NCBI GenBank assembly: GCA_963664395.2
Contig: OY761159.2
Location: forward strand, 4,384,001 to 4,448,000
Direction of reading: 5' to 3'
DNA: 64,000 bases
From: Candidatus Binatia bacterium
Lineage (GTDB): Bacteria; Desulfobacterota; Binatia; Bin18
Shown here one piece after another: positions 9,425-19,693 of the stretch. The position numbers and the translations under genes were made by a program. Under the pieces are notes generated by a model. The model searched no databases. It was not told where the DNA came from and saw only the letters and a program-made list of their open reading frames with translations. How positions within the stretch are numbered: the stretch's first letter is position 1; each line of letters opens with the position of its first letter.

Positions 9425-10147
9425 TCACGACTGCGATAGCTCTACAGCTACACTTGCTTCGCCACCAGATTCAACGGTGACCTTTTGCATCGTTTCACCC
9501 AGAGTCTCATGCCATATCTTAAGCTCATACTCACCAACTGGAACGTCTGTCATGCTAAACGCGCCGGCCTCATCAGTTACGGCATAATATGGATGGTCCA
9601 TAACAATAATCCAGCCCTTCATCCAGCCATGAGTATCACACTCGACTCGAACGACCTCAGGCTTCTCAAATTTCTTTTTGAGCTTTTTCTTAAATTTGGG
9701 CTGGGCCTGGTTAAAAGCCGCGTTCGCTTCACTATAGGTGTGTATATTGTGCAGAATGCCGTCGTTATTCAGGATCTCCAGGTCTGCTCCTGCCTGAGTC
9801 AGGACGATATGCGGCGTATACACGCAGTCTTTTTGATCTAGGGCCATTGCATCGCCAAAATCTTTCCCACTGGAAATATTCGCAATGGAGACAACCGTAT
9901 TTTTTATTCCCTTGTTATCACCAACAACGAGACTTTCATCATACTTCTGCAGCTTGGCACAAACCTTTGCATCTTTGGTTGCTTCAATAGGCGCAGCTTC
10001 AGGAGCATCTCCAGCAAAAGTAATTGTCCCACTAATGCTACCACCATTGCTGACAGCGCCGACATCGTAACCAAGGGCGACAGAAGCCAAAGGCAGACTC
10101 GCTCCTACTATGAGGGCGATCAAAGTCTTTCCATTCATAATACGCAT
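9425..10147 (-). CDS. Exported cupredoxin-like / carboxypeptidase-regulatory-like domain protein
   Basis: Signal peptide; HNIH ... CDTHGWM matches the type-1 copper His/Cys/His/Met ligand spacing. Confidence 0.7.
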   Translation of the reverse strand: MRIMNGKTLIALIVGASLPLASVALGYDVGAVSNGGSISGTITFAGDAPEAAPIEATKDAKVCAKLQKYDESLVVGDNKGIKNTVVSIANISSGKDFGDAMALDQKDCVYTPHIVLTQAGADLEILNNDGILHNIHTYSEANAAFNQAQPKFKKKLKKKFEKPEVVRVECDTHGWMKGWIIVMDHPYYAVTDEAGAFSMTDVPVGEYELKIWHETLGETMQKVTVESGGEASVAVELSQS

Positions 10148-10185
10148 TCTTCCTCCTCCTCAGAGATGAACTATTTATATAGTCC

Positions 10186-12960
10186 TTACATATTTGTTTC
10201 GGCCGCTTCGGACTCTATTTCTTCGTCAGAAAGGGAGTTCAACTCTTCCATTCCAGCCACAGGATGAGCCGATTCATTGACTGCTGGACCTATCGTGCTC
10301 GCCCCTTTCCCGTTCACACCCGCAAACGGATTATCGATCCCGAGCAGCATGATGTAGTCACGCATGGCAAGGATTTGTTTGTCCTCGTCTCCGTCAAAGA
10401 TGTCGTCCGGGCCACCAGGGTAAAAAGTCGGCATATTCGTTCCTGGCATAAGTGCCTGTGGGTCTTTAATCCACTCAACGATCCAGTCCGGATTAAGCCG
10501 CTCTTTTGCCATACCGAGGTCAGGAGCCCAGCCGTCAGGCGGTCCTTCAGGCTTTTGATCGCCTTGTTGATGACAGGAGAAGCAGGAAAAATAATCGTTG
10601 GACATCAACATGTCACCAGCATGAACCATCTCAGGCGATGTTGCTGAGCGGTCAAAGTAGTTATATGGAATCTCCAGCTTACTTAACGCCTTGAAATAGT
10701 CGACTATACTGCTGGCCTCGTCATTTGCGAAATGAAAGGTCGGCATCCGCAGTTCTAACCATGGACGGATAGGAATAGGTTGCTTGAGAAAGCCATAGAA
10801 CCACTCAGGCTGCACTTTCTTCCCTTCGCCATTCAGGATGGGCGGAGCAAAGGAAGGATTGTCCAAATAGAGCGAGCGGATATCTCCACCGCCGCCTTCA
10901 ATAACGTGACAGCCCGTACAATTGTAGTACTGGACGAGACGCTGACCTTTGACAAGGTCTTCAGTCCAGTCACTGTGCGCAGTGTAGGCATGTGGCACAT
11001 GATGCCCTGTCCGACTCTTGAGAAAAACACGGACGGATAGAATATCCGCATCAGAGAGATTGAACCACGGCATGAGCTGTTCGATACGTTCCGTTGCATA
11101 GCCGCGTGGTGCATTGACCTTTTCATACGTCCAGTCGTTCCACGTATGCGGTACCTCGGTTCGATTCCCAAAGAAAAGTTCGGCAAGGCTTTTCTCCCCG
11201 AACGAAGTCAGCTCGACACCGATACGCGATTCTTTTTCCATCCCAGGAATGTCGTGGCAGCCGTGGCAGCCGTATTTTCTGACCAAGCCTGCTCCTTCGA
11301 GAACCAAGTCCGGGTCGTCCAGCTCGGCTCGAATGTCCGGGCGCTCCATCTCAGTCTTGAGCGTTAAGAGATAGGACACAATGGCCTGCGCTTCCTCATC
11401 ACTCAGACGCAAATCCGGCATGGCCGTATTCGGCGAGTAGCCACGAGGATTCTTAATCCAATGATACAACCAACGCGGGTTCGTTTTCTCCGCAACACGC
11501 GCTAAATTTGGCGCATGATTTTTGTTCTGCCCGACCATCGTGCCAGCCTGTTCCGCGTTGAATCCGTGGCAGGCTCGACACCCAAGGGAATTGACGAGGC
11601 GCTCGCCCTTTTGGACGAGTTCCGCATTATTCGGATCAATTCCTTCTGGCTCGGCATGGGATTCCAGCCAGGCTTGGCCTTCTTCCCTGCTCGCCTGTAG
11701 CAAATATGCCGTAACAGCTCGGCCTTGGCCTTCGTTGAAGAAAAAGTGGGGCATGCGCGTGTGCGGTCGAAATTCGTGCGGATTCGTGATCCATTCAACC
11801 ATCCAGGCCGGGTCGGATTTTACGGCGACGCGTCGTAGATAGGGACCTATTTTCTTCGCCTCACCATACCCCTCGACCACGTGACAGCCGGTACAGCCGA
11901 GTTGCATAAAGAGTTTTTCGCCACGGGCAATACTCTGACCAATCGAGTGTCTCGTTGCCACCGTCTGCATATCGGCGTGGCAGTTCAGACAATTCGCCTC
12001 AATTTTTGGGCCGAGCAGAAGCGGATGTTCCCAGAACTGCACATATCCATGCGCAATATCCACACTGCTAGTCGCAACCCCCTGACCGTTGTGACACGAG
12101 GTGCAGCCAAAGAGCTCAGGCGGGTGACTCCCCATCAGGAGATCAAATTGAGGGTGCGTTTTATGCGGATTGGGCTGATCTTCAAATCCACGTTTGTCTA
12201 TACCGACATGACAGGATTGACAGCGGTCAACGCGTGAGAGTGAGGTATCGAAATTACTCCGGTCGAACGCCGGTACGACGGCTTGGGTAATGGCTGGGAT
12301 ATTTGGAATGATGAGCCCCTTCACCGGCCGCATGACGTAATTATCGATACGTTGCGCCAGGAAATCCTTTTGTTCGTTCATTCCGCGTAGTGTTTCTCGT
12401 GCTTCAAGCACGCGCGCGTTGATTTCATTAATCTCATTTTCGATGCGGTCACGCTCAGATTGCTCGGTAAGAAAAAAATTTTCGAGTGCGACCGCGTCCG
12501 CTTCAAGCGCATCAAGATGAGCTTTCTCGTCTTTCGTCGAGTGTTCTAATTGGATCGCATGGTCATATTCATACCAGGCAGCCTCGATTTCACTCCGGAC
12601 GACGCGCAGGGCATTCTCCGCATCGTTGGTCCGAATATCCGCAGCGGCAAATACGGCCTGAAGAGAAGCCAGACGCTGGCCCCCCTCCCCGCCGGCGATG
12701 TCAATTTGCGCTGCTGCCAACGCGGCCAGCACTTCCTGATAGGCAGGGTCGGCAGCGAGGCGCTCGTCTTCGGCTTGGATCTCAGCCATCGTCTGGTTAT
12801 ACGCCAGCATCGAAAATTCAGCTTGGTATTTCTTCCATGGGCGCCGCGAAACGGCATCGTCCCAGACGGACCAGATCGATCCAATAAGCAGGAGTCCCAC
12901 TGCAAAGAGAAATACTCCGCTATACGATTTCTTTTCGTCGTCAACTTCTCTACGTGCCAT
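10186..12960 (-). CDS. Membrane-anchored octaheme cytochrome c
   Basis: N-terminal TM, coiled-coil region, 8 CxxCH motifs (CQSCH, CTSCH, CLNCH, CTGCH, CRACH, CHGCH, CTGCH, CFSCH). Confidence 0.92.
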   Translation of the reverse strand: MARREVDDEKKSYSGVFLFAVGLLLIGSIWSVWDDAVSRRPWKKYQAEFSMLAYNQTMAEIQAEDERLAADPAYQEVLAALAAAQIDIAGGEGGQRLASLQAVFAAADIRTNDAENALRVVRSEIEAAWYEYDHAIQLEHSTKDEKAHLDALEADAVALENFFLTEQSERDRIENEINEINARVLEARETLRGMNEQKDFLAQRIDNYVMRPVKGLIIPNIPAITQAVVPAFDRSNFDTSLSRVDRCQSCHVGIDKRGFEDQPNPHKTHPQFDLLMGSHPPELFGCTSCHNGQGVATSSVDIAHGYVQFWEHPLLLGPKIEANCLNCHADMQTVATRHSIGQSIARGEKLFMQLGCTGCHVVEGYGEAKKIGPYLRRVAVKSDPAWMVEWITNPHEFRPHTRMPHFFFNEGQGRAVTAYLLQASREEGQAWLESHAEPEGIDPNNAELVQKGERLVNSLGCRACHGFNAEQAGTMVGQNKNHAPNLARVAEKTNPRWLYHWIKNPRGYSPNTAMPDLRLSDEEAQAIVSYLLTLKTEMERPDIRAELDDPDLVLEGAGLVRKYGCHGCHDIPGMEKESRIGVELTSFGEKSLAELFFGNRTEVPHTWNDWTYEKVNAPRGYATERIEQLMPWFNLSDADILSVRVFLKSRTGHHVPHAYTAHSDWTEDLVKGQRLVQYYNCTGCHVIEGGGGDIRSLYLDNPSFAPPILNGEGKKVQPEWFYGFLKQPIPIRPWLELRMPTFHFANDEASSIVDYFKALSKLEIPYNYFDRSATSPEMVHAGDMLMSNDYFSCFSCHQQGDQKPEGPPDGWAPDLGMAKERLNPDWIVEWIKDPQALMPGTNMPTFYPGGPDDIFDGDEDKQILAMRDYIMLLGIDNPFAGVNGKGASTIGPAVNESAHPVAGMEELNSLSDEEIESEAAETNM

Positions 12961-12969
12961 AACAATCCA

Positions 12970-13056
12970 CTATGAGCCGGTTGCTCGCGTCTCAAGGAAG
13001 CGGCCGAGATAGAACACCACCACCCCAATCCCTAGTAGCCATAATTCTTTGCCCAT
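12970..13056 (-). CDS. Putative 28-aa single-TM microprotein (MGKELWLLGIGVVVFYLGRFLETRATGS)
   Basis: Read manually; ATG...TAG, hydrophobic core, purine-rich upstream sequence, stop 10 bp before the cytochrome c start. Confidence 0.5.
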   Translation of the reverse strand: MGKELWLLGIGVVVFYLGRFLETRATGS

Positions 13057-13145
13057 GCTCTTTTCTTCAGTCAGACCAACAAGTAACGCGTATCCAACAT
13101 CGGCAATCCCGAATGCCTGAAGGCATTTCGCCAAGTAGAACGCCA

Positions 13146-13943
13146 TCAGACATTAATCCACGGCGTCACTAGAATATACTTCACATTCAGAATATGACGC
13201 AGCAGCATCTTAATGACCACGGCAATCATATTCAGCGTGAGAAATGACGTTAAGAAAAAACGGGCTGCGCCCCAGCGCTGCATGAATGCGCGTCCTTTGA
13301 GCCACACGACCCACCAATACATGGCAACCGTACCAAGCACAAAAAAACCGACAATGAGAGACAGTCCAAACGCAGCAGCCGTCCAGTAGTCCCGGATGCC
13401 AACCAAATAGGGCAAATCTTGGTTGGTCAAGGCCTCGACAAGGTGGGCATCCCACACTTCCCAGGGCCAAAACCAGTTCCAGCCAGGTCCTCTGACAAAT
13501 GTTCCAATAATAATGGTCGAAATCCATAATATATGGAAGCCAAAGATAAACGTCAGGATTTCATACTTGCGTTCCTTAAAGGTGTAATAGCCATTCCCCT
13601 TTGGATTAATATCAATAAAGGGAATAACCATCAGCCCCATAATGATAAAGCTGGGAGCCACAACTCCGGCGTGCCAGGGATCGAAGAAGACCAGGATTTC
13701 TTGCAGCCCAAGGAAATACCACGGTGCTTTGGAAGGGTTAGGCGTACTCCCAGGGTCAGCCGGCTCTTCGAGTGGAGCATCGACCAGGAGCGACCATAAT
13801 AACAGGAAGATAATCACAAAAAGGGTGCATAAGAATTCCGCTCGGACCAAATTTGGCCAGGTATGGACCTTATCGTCTCCGGGGCCGGTCGCTTTTTTGA
13901 GCGGGACTTCGACACGCGTGGCAGCTGAGCCCATTTCCGCCAT
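13146..13943 (-). CDS. Cytochrome b C-terminal subunit (subunit IV/PetD/QcrC-like)
   Basis: PLEEPADP-x-STPNPSKAPWYF (PEWY-equivalent), multiple TMs. Confidence 0.88.
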   Translation of the reverse strand: MAEMGSAATRVEVPLKKATGPGDDKVHTWPNLVRAEFLCTLFVIIFLLLWSLLVDAPLEEPADPGSTPNPSKAPWYFLGLQEILVFFDPWHAGVVAPSFIIMGLMVIPFIDINPKGNGYYTFKERKYEILTFIFGFHILWISTIIIGTFVRGPGWNWFWPWEVWDAHLVEALTNQDLPYLVGIRDYWTAAAFGLSLIVGFFVLGTVAMYWWVVWLKGRAFMQRWGAARFFLTSFLTLNMIAVVIKMLLRHILNVKYILVTPWINV

Positions 13944-13957
13944 AACAACCCCCTTTT

Positions 13958-14053
13958 TTACTGGTCTTCAGAAGAAGACACTTTAGGCTTTGCTACCAGG
14001 TACAGCAGCCAGCACACGACCCCTATTAGAATAGGAATGACAAGCACGCGCAT
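13958..14053 (-). CDS. Putative 31-aa single-TM microprotein (MRVLVIPILIGVVCWLLYLVAKPKVSSSEDQ)
   Basis: Read manually; AGAGG SD-like site about 6 nt before ATG, fills the gap between the two cytochrome b halves. Confidence 0.6.
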   Translation of the reverse strand: MRVLVIPILIGVVCWLLYLVAKPKVSSSEDQ

Positions 14054-14065
14054 AATATACCTCTG

Positions 14066-14839
14066 CTAGAGGGCTGGTCCTGAAAACCCATCACGCCGGA
14101 TACGCCAAAAATGAACCGCCAGAAACAAGCTGGTAACAAGCGGAATAAAGATACAATGGAGAATGTAAAAGCGGAGCAACGTATGGGCACCGATCTCACC
14201 ACCGCCAAAGAGAAAGGCACGCGCATCGTAAATAGGATTGACCCCCAGCACCTCAGCAAACGGCCCCTCGTTTCCAAGCAAGGGAGTTGCCCGCCCCATG
14301 TTTGACCCGACAGACACAGCCCAAATGGCGAGTTGATCCCACGGCAGCAGATAGCCTGTAAATGAGAGCAGCAAAGTCAACACTAAGAGAAGAACGCCCA
14401 CGACCCAATTGAACTCACGCGGTGGCTTATACGAGCCCGTCATGAAAACACGAAACATATGGAGCCACACGGCAATCACCATGCCGTGGGCGGCCCAACG
14501 ATGCATATTCCGCATCAGCATGCCAAACGGCATATCAAATTCAAGATACTTAATGTCGGCGTATGCATATTCCGCTACAGGACGGTAGTAAAACATGAGA
14601 TACACGCCGGTGACTACGGTGACCAGGTACATCAGAAAGGTGATGCCACCCATACACCAGGTGAAACGTAAACGCGTCGCATGCTTGCGGACTTTCGAGG
14701 GATGCAAATGGAGCCAGACATTGCCGGAAACCATTAATATCCGGTTGCGCGGCGTATCTTCGTAGCCGTGGCGAAAAATGGACTGCCAGACCTGCGACTC
14801 CATAACTTGACGTTTGAGTTCATCAAATTGGCTACTCAT
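14066..14839 (-). CDS. Cytochrome b6-type N-terminal subunit (PetB/QcrB)
   Basis: WCMGG (heme ci Cys position), MHRWAAHGM...HMFRVF, YKPPREFNW, TGYLLPWDQ, LHC...HF heme b ligands. Confidence 0.94.
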   Translation of the reverse strand: MSSQFDELKRQVMESQVWQSIFRHGYEDTPRNRILMVSGNVWLHLHPSKVRKHATRLRFTWCMGGITFLMYLVTVVTGVYLMFYYRPVAEYAYADIKYLEFDMPFGMLMRNMHRWAAHGMVIAVWLHMFRVFMTGSYKPPREFNWVVGVLLLVLTLLLSFTGYLLPWDQLAIWAVSVGSNMGRATPLLGNEGPFAEVLGVNPIYDARAFLFGGGEIGAHTLLRFYILHCIFIPLVTSLFLAVHFWRIRRDGFSGPAL

Positions 14840-14877
14840 ACTATTTCCTTGCCTTTACGTCGCCCTTCTACTCACCG

Positions 14878-15480
14878 CTAAATACGTAAAATACTGTCTG
14901 GATGTTGTTTGTTCGGATCAACCCCAGGCTGCATCTTAAAGATTTTGCTCTTATCAACTAGGAGTTGTCCGTCATCGGCCAGCGACAGCTTAAATCGATC
15001 CATTGGACGTGGAGCTGGGCCTTCGAAATTATAGCCCGTGCGATAGTAGCCACTCCCATGACAGGGACATTTATATTTACTCTCAGTCGCTGACCAAAGC
15101 GGCGTACACCCCAAGTGGGTACATTTTGCAAAGATGGCGTAGAATCCCTGTGGTTCTCGGACGATCCAGGTACGCTGATCTGAGCGGTATTTCTCACTCA
15201 CCTCGCCAACAGGATAATCACCTGGAAAGCCAGCCTTAAAGGTCAACGGCGGAACGAAAAGAACGCGAGGGAAGGCAGAACGGACAAAGGCGAGCAGACT
15301 CACGAGAGAAACCAGACCGAAGCCGCCCCAGCTGAGGCGGCCGAAGAAATCACGCCGTGACCACAGGCCCCCTCTTTGAGCACGTTCACGGAGTCGTTTC
15401 TCACGCTCGGCCCGTTGCTCAACGCGACGGCGCTCTTCGTACTCTTGGATTTCTTCAGGAGAGGTTGGTTTTTTTGCCAT
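14878..15480 (-). CDS. Rieske [2Fe-2S] subunit (PetC/QcrA)
   Basis: Tat-like SRRDFF, CTHLGC and CPCHGSGY, GPAPRP. Confidence 0.95.
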   Translation of the reverse strand: MAKKPTSPEEIQEYEERRRVEQRAEREKRLRERAQRGGLWSRRDFFGRLSWGGFGLVSLVSLLAFVRSAFPRVLFVPPLTFKAGFPGDYPVGEVSEKYRSDQRTWIVREPQGFYAIFAKCTHLGCTPLWSATESKYKCPCHGSGYYRTGYNFEGPAPRPMDRFKLSLADDGQLLVDKSKIFKMQPGVDPNKQHPDSILRI

Positions 15481-15538
15481 GGGGCTTACTCCTTATTGAT
15501 GCTGCACCACAGAGATCTTTGGCCCGTACATATGCTTT

Positions 15539-15898
15539 TTATTTTCTTCGGAACATGAGAGCTAACCAGCCCCCTACCCCCATCACAACAGCCAAAAACA
15601 ACATCACCAGTCCTACTGGGGCAAAGAGTGGAAGTAGAATAATACCAATAAGAAGAAATGGAATACTCAAAGCGACTGGACTGAAGGGAGAAGACGGCTC
15701 GGCCTGATCTTCCCCTACAGGCTCTTCCGTTCGTGTTGTTTCCGTTCCGCCCTGCAGCAGGCTTACTGCGTAGTCGCGTAATTCTTCACGCCCGTCAGTC
15801 CCAGCTTCGTTGATTAAGCGAGACAACTCCTCAGTCAGGGCCTCGATTTTATTTTCGACATCCTGACTAGGCACTGATTTGTGCGCTTTTTCTGCCAC
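15539..15898 (-). CDS. Hypothetical protein with C-terminal TM hairpin
   Basis: 119-aa ORF, two hydrophobic C-terminal segments, co-oriented with the operon. Confidence 0.6.
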   Translation of the reverse strand: MAEKAHKSVPSQDVENKIEALTEELSRLINEAGTDGREELRDYAVSLLQGGTETTRTEEPVGEDQAEPSSPFSPVALSIPFLLIGIILLPLFAPVGLVMLFLAVVMGVGGWLALMFRRK

Positions 15899-16014
15899 AG
15901 AGTTTCGCCGTTTTCTTGGGCAAATTAGTAACGGGCTGCCCCTAAATCGTCAACTCCCCCTCCCCTCTCATCCACCTGGTTCAAGTCTCCTCCTCTCCTT
16001 CTCTAAGGAGTCGC

Positions 16015-17295
16015 TCATTGAGCCATCTCGATTTTCTCATGTCCCCCCATATAGGGGCGCAGGACGTCGGGCATGACAACGCTACCGTCCTCTTGCTGGT
16101 AATGTTCAAGAATTGCGATGACCACCCGTGGCAGGGCGAGTCCAGAGCCGTTCAGCGTGTGCACCAACTCAGGTTTTGCACCTGGTTCGGGCCGGTAACG
16201 TATTTTCGCTCGACGAGCCTGGAAATCACGAAAATTGGAGCACGAACTCACTTCGAGCCATTCTGCACAGCCTGGCGCCCACATTTCAACATCATATTTG
16301 CAGGCTGCAACGAAGCTGAGATCTCCCGTACACATCTGAACGATGCGATGGGGTATTTTGAGTTTTCGGCACACATCCTCAGCATTGTCGACCAGAGCGA
16401 GCAGCTCAGCATCTGATTGCGAGGGTTCAACAAACTTCACCATTTCCACCTTGTCGAACTGATGGCCGCGTTTAATGCCCCGGACGTCGCGGCCCGCAGA
16501 CATTTTCTCGCGGCGAAAGCACGGCGTATACGCCACATGATACAAAGGAAGCTGGCCAGATTCGATCACTTCTTCCCTATACAGGTTGGTAACTGGTACC
16601 TCTGCAGTAGGGATAAACCAAAAATCCTCTTCAATATCTCGGTAGAGATTATCCCCAAATTTTGGGAGGTTACCTGTCCCAACTAAACAATCCCGTTTAA
16701 CCATGACAGGCGGGTATATTTCGGTATAGCCGTGTTCATCTACATGCAGGTCCAGCATCCAATTAATCAGTGCTCGCTGGAGTCGTGCGCCAAGGCCCTT
16801 GAGGATGTAAAAGCGGCTGCCCGAAATTTTTACACCGCGCTCAAAATCAATAATTCCTAAGGCTTCGCCAAGTTCCCAGTGCGGGCGAGGTGAAAACGAG
16901 AAGGCCGGCAGTTCTCCCTCCGTTCGGATAATAATGTTTTCTTCTTCGTCTTTCCCAACCGGGACATCAGGATGGGGAAGGTTCGGCAACTCTAAGAGCC
17001 GCTGCTGAAAGTCCTCTTCCTGCTGAGCAAGCTGTTTCTCCAGTTGGCTCACCTGCTCTCCGAGCGCTCGCATAGGTCGGACAGCCTTGTCTCGTTCGTC
17101 AGGGTCGGAAATTTTTTGGATTTCTTTTGAACGTTTCGTGCGTTCAGCGCGAAGCGCCTCTACTTCGCCCATGCTGGCGCGCCGGACTCGATCAACATCA
17201 AGCAGGGCATCGACATCAGCTCCCGGAACACCGACCGTTGCGAGTTGCTCTTTTACCTGCTCAGGATTGTCTCGGATCAGTTTAATATCAAGCAT
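16015..17295 (-). CDS. serS: Serine--tRNA ligase
   Basis: [51 protein letters not shown]. Confidence 0.98.
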   Translation of the reverse strand: MLDIKLIRDNPEQVKEQLATVGVPGADVDALLDVDRVRRASMGEVEALRAERTKRSKEIQKISDPDERDKAVRPMRALGEQVSQLEKQLAQQEEDFQQRLLELPNLPHPDVPVGKDEEENIIIRTEGELPAFSFSPRPHWELGEALGIIDFERGVKISGSRFYILKGLGARLQRALINWMLDLHVDEHGYTEIYPPVMVKRDCLVGTGNLPKFGDNLYRDIEEDFWFIPTAEVPVTNLYREEVIESGQLPLYHVAYTPCFRREKMSAGRDVRGIKRGHQFDKVEMVKFVEPSQSDAELLALVDNAEDVCRKLKIPHRIVQMCTGDLSFVAACKYDVEMWAPGCAEWLEVSSCSNFRDFQARRAKIRYRPEPGAKPELVHTLNGSGLALPRVVIAILEHYQQEDGSVVMPDVLRPYMGGHEKIEMAQ

Positions 17296-17310
17296 GCAGT
17301 TCTTCGCCTT

Positions 17311-17694
17311 TTATGCTGATGTTGGAAATTCAAATGCCTCTTTGATATGAGTCAGGTGCGCAGTGTCCCCTTCCCCAATAATCCCAATAACGTCAAATCG
17401 TATAGCCTGGTCGTGGAGCTGGAAACGCGAAACGTAATGGAGCGCAGTCATGGCGATTTGGCGCTGTTTCCGCTTATTGACTGAGGCTAATGGATCCCCA
17501 AATCTCCGAGAACGATGCGTCCGGACCTCAACGAATACGACCGTTTCCTGATCCTGAGCAACGAGGTCAATTTCTCCGCGTAGCCAGCGGTAATTGCGCT
17601 CAACTATCGCATAGCCGAGGCTACGTAAGAACTGCTCGGCACGCTGCTCGCCCTGTTGGCCGAACAGACGCCGCCGGTCGCCTTTCTCCATATG
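17311..17694 (-). CDS. yraN: YraN/UPF0102 family protein
   Basis: GEIDLVA, VFVEVRT, RFDVI motifs; start uncertain (17694 or 17712). Confidence 0.9.
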   Translation of the reverse strand, partial: HMEKGDRRRLFGQQGEQRAEQFLRSLGYAIVERNYRWLRGEIDLVAQDQETVVFVEVRTHRSRRFGDPLASVNKRKQRQIAMTALHYVSRFQLHDQAIRFDVIGIIGEGDTAHLTHIKEAFEFPTSA

Positions 17695-17772
17695 CAGTAA
17701 GGTAGCTGACACGGCTTGCCTGGATCAAGAGCGTCCCCCCTGCAGAGCGCCTATTCCGTTGAATTGTCCGCT

Positions 17773-17813
17773 ACCCCTCTTTATCCTCCCTGTTAGGGGG
17801 GATAAAGAGGGGT
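17773..17813. repeat. GC-rich REP-like hairpin between divergent yraN and gatC
   Basis: ACCCCTCTTTATCC / GGATAAAGAGGGGT perfect 14-bp arms, extendable inward. Confidence 0.7.
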
Positions 17814-17841
17814 GAGACGCTCGCAGAAGGAAGAAAAACAC

Positions 17842-18138
17842 ATGCGAATTACTCAAGATGAAGTTCGACAGGTTGCCGTATTGGCCCGCCTCTCATTTAC
17901 GGCTGAAGAACTCGCAGAGCTGACACAGCACTTTGATACCATATTGACCTATGTCGACAAATTAGGCGAATTGCAGACCGACGACGTTGAGCCGACCGCC
18001 CATGCAGTAGCGGTTTCGGCGCCATTGCGAGACGATGTTGTCACCAATACACCGAGTGATGCCAACACAGACGCTTTGTTGGCGAATGCCCCGAATCGCA
18101 AAACCCGCTTTTTTCGCGTTCCCAAGATTATCGAGTAG
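17842..18138 (+). CDS. gatC: Asp/Glu-tRNA amidotransferase subunit C
   Basis: VAVLARL, VEPTAH, LRDD, FFRVPKIIE; precedes gatA. Confidence 0.95.
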   Translation: MRITQDEVRQVAVLARLSFTAEELAELTQHFDTILTYVDKLGELQTDDVEPTAHAVAVSAPLRDDVVTNTPSDANTDALLANAPNRKTRFFRVPKIIE

Positions 18139-18203
18139 GTTTATCGAGTAGGTTTATCGAGTATATCGAGGTTTATAGGTTTATCGAGTAGGTTTATCGA
18201 GTA
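18128..18203 (+). repeat. 13-bp tandem repeat (TTATCGAGTAGGT)
   Basis: Full units at 18128, 18141, 18181; partial units at 18154, 18194; degenerate unit at 18164-18180. Confidence 0.92.
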
Positions 18204-18206
18204 AAC

Positions 18207-19667
18207 ATGTCGCACTACGCCCTTACCATTCATCAAGCCCAGCAGAAGCTACGCAGCCGAGAAGTCAGTGCCGTCGAACTGGCACAGTCCGTTCTGACCC
18301 GCATTCAGGAAACGGATGAACGCTTGCATTCATATCTGACCGTGTGTGCCGAAGAATCGCTCGCCCAAGCAGAAGCCGCAGACCGAACGCTTGCAAACGG
18401 AGCGACGCCCCCTCCACTGTGCGGTATTCCGGTTGCGCTCAAGGACGTCATCCTCGCCCAGGGCATTCGCTCAACCGCGGGTTCAAAAATTCTCGAACAA
18501 TTTATTGCGCCGTATGATGCAACCGTGACGCAACGCCTCAAGGAGGCCGGTGCGGTGATTATCGGCAAAGTCAACTGTGACGAGTTTGCCATGGGCTCGT
18601 CTAATGAGAATTCGGCTTTCACGCCATGTCGCAACCCCTGGGATACGGACCGGGTGCCGGGTGGCTCATCCGGCGGGTCTGCGGCATCAGTCGCGGCAGA
18701 CCAAGCCTGTGCGGCCTTAGGAACGGACACCGGCGGCTCCATTCGTCTGCCTGCCTCGTTCTGCGGCATTGTTGGTCTGAAACCAACCTATGGGCGGGTG
18801 AGTCGGTTTGGCGTTGTGGCTTATGCCTCGTCGTTGGACCAGGTCGGCCCCTGTACCAAAGATGTGCGGGACTGCGCAATTCTTCTGGATGTGATTGCCG
18901 GCTATGATCCCCGTGATTCAACCTCCGTCAACAGACCTGCGCCAGGCTATACAACCCACCTGGAGCAAGGAGTCAGCGGACTTCGCATTGGCATACCGCA
19001 ACAATACTTTGTTGAAGGTATGCAGCCGGAAGTGGAGACTGCGGTCAGAGACGCGATTGCGCAATTACAGGACCTGGGTGCAGAGGTTGGCCCCATCTCT
19101 CTCCCTCATACCGAATACGCGGTTGCCACCTATTATATTATTGCCATGGCCGAGGCGAGCTCAAACCTGGCCCGCTACGATGGGGTGCGCTATGGCTACC
19201 GGGCGACTGAGGTCGAAGACCTGGGAGACCTGTATCGGACGACCCGCGCCCAGGGATTCGGCAGCGAGGCCAAGCGGCGCATTATGCTCGGTACCTACGT
19301 CTTATCTGCCGGGTATTATGACGCCTATTATTTGAAGGCGCAGAAGGTGCGCACCCTTATTCGGCAGGATTTTCTGCACGCCTTTGAGGCCTGCGATATG
19401 ATTGCAACTCCGGTCGCTCCGACAACCGCGTTTCGGCTGGGAGAGAAACTGGCGGACCCGCTGACCATGTATCTCTCGGATATTTTTACCATAGCGGTCA
19501 ATTTGGCCGGCTTACCGGGACTGTCCGTGCCGTGCGGCTTTGATCAGCAAGGGCTGCCTATCGGGCTGCAGTTGATAGGGCCTCCCTTTGAGGAGGAGGT
19601 GTTGCTTCGGGCCGGTTACGCTTACGAGCAGGATCATGACTGGCGGACCCGTAAGCCGCCTCTCTAA
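18207..19667 (+). CDS. gatA: Asp/Glu-tRNA amidotransferase subunit A
   Basis: Amidase signature [41 protein letters not shown]. Confidence 0.98.
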   Translation: MSHYALTIHQAQQKLRSREVSAVELAQSVLTRIQETDERLHSYLTVCAEESLAQAEAADRTLANGATPPPLCGIPVALKDVILAQGIRSTAGSKILEQFIAPYDATVTQRLKEAGAVIIGKVNCDEFAMGSSNENSAFTPCRNPWDTDRVPGGSSGGSAASVAADQACAALGTDTGGSIRLPASFCGIVGLKPTYGRVSRFGVVAYASSLDQVGPCTKDVRDCAILLDVIAGYDPRDSTSVNRPAPGYTTHLEQGVSGLRIGIPQQYFVEGMQPEVETAVRDAIAQLQDLGAEVGPISLPHTEYAVATYYIIAMAEASSNLARYDGVRYGYRATEVEDLGDLYRTTRAQGFGSEAKRRIMLGTYVLSAGYYDAYYLKAQKVRTLIRQDFLHAFEACDMIATPVAPTTAFRLGEKLADPLTMYLSDIFTIAVNLAGLPGLSVPCGFDQQGLPIGLQLIGPPFEEEVLLRAGYAYEQDHDWRTRKPPL

Positions 19668-19693
19668 CAGCAGAAAATTCACAGAGTATCAGT

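Noticed and set aside
18128-18203. Possible mini CRISPR array
   Set aside because: Units are 13 bp, directly adjacent with no unique spacers, and no cas genes are in the window.
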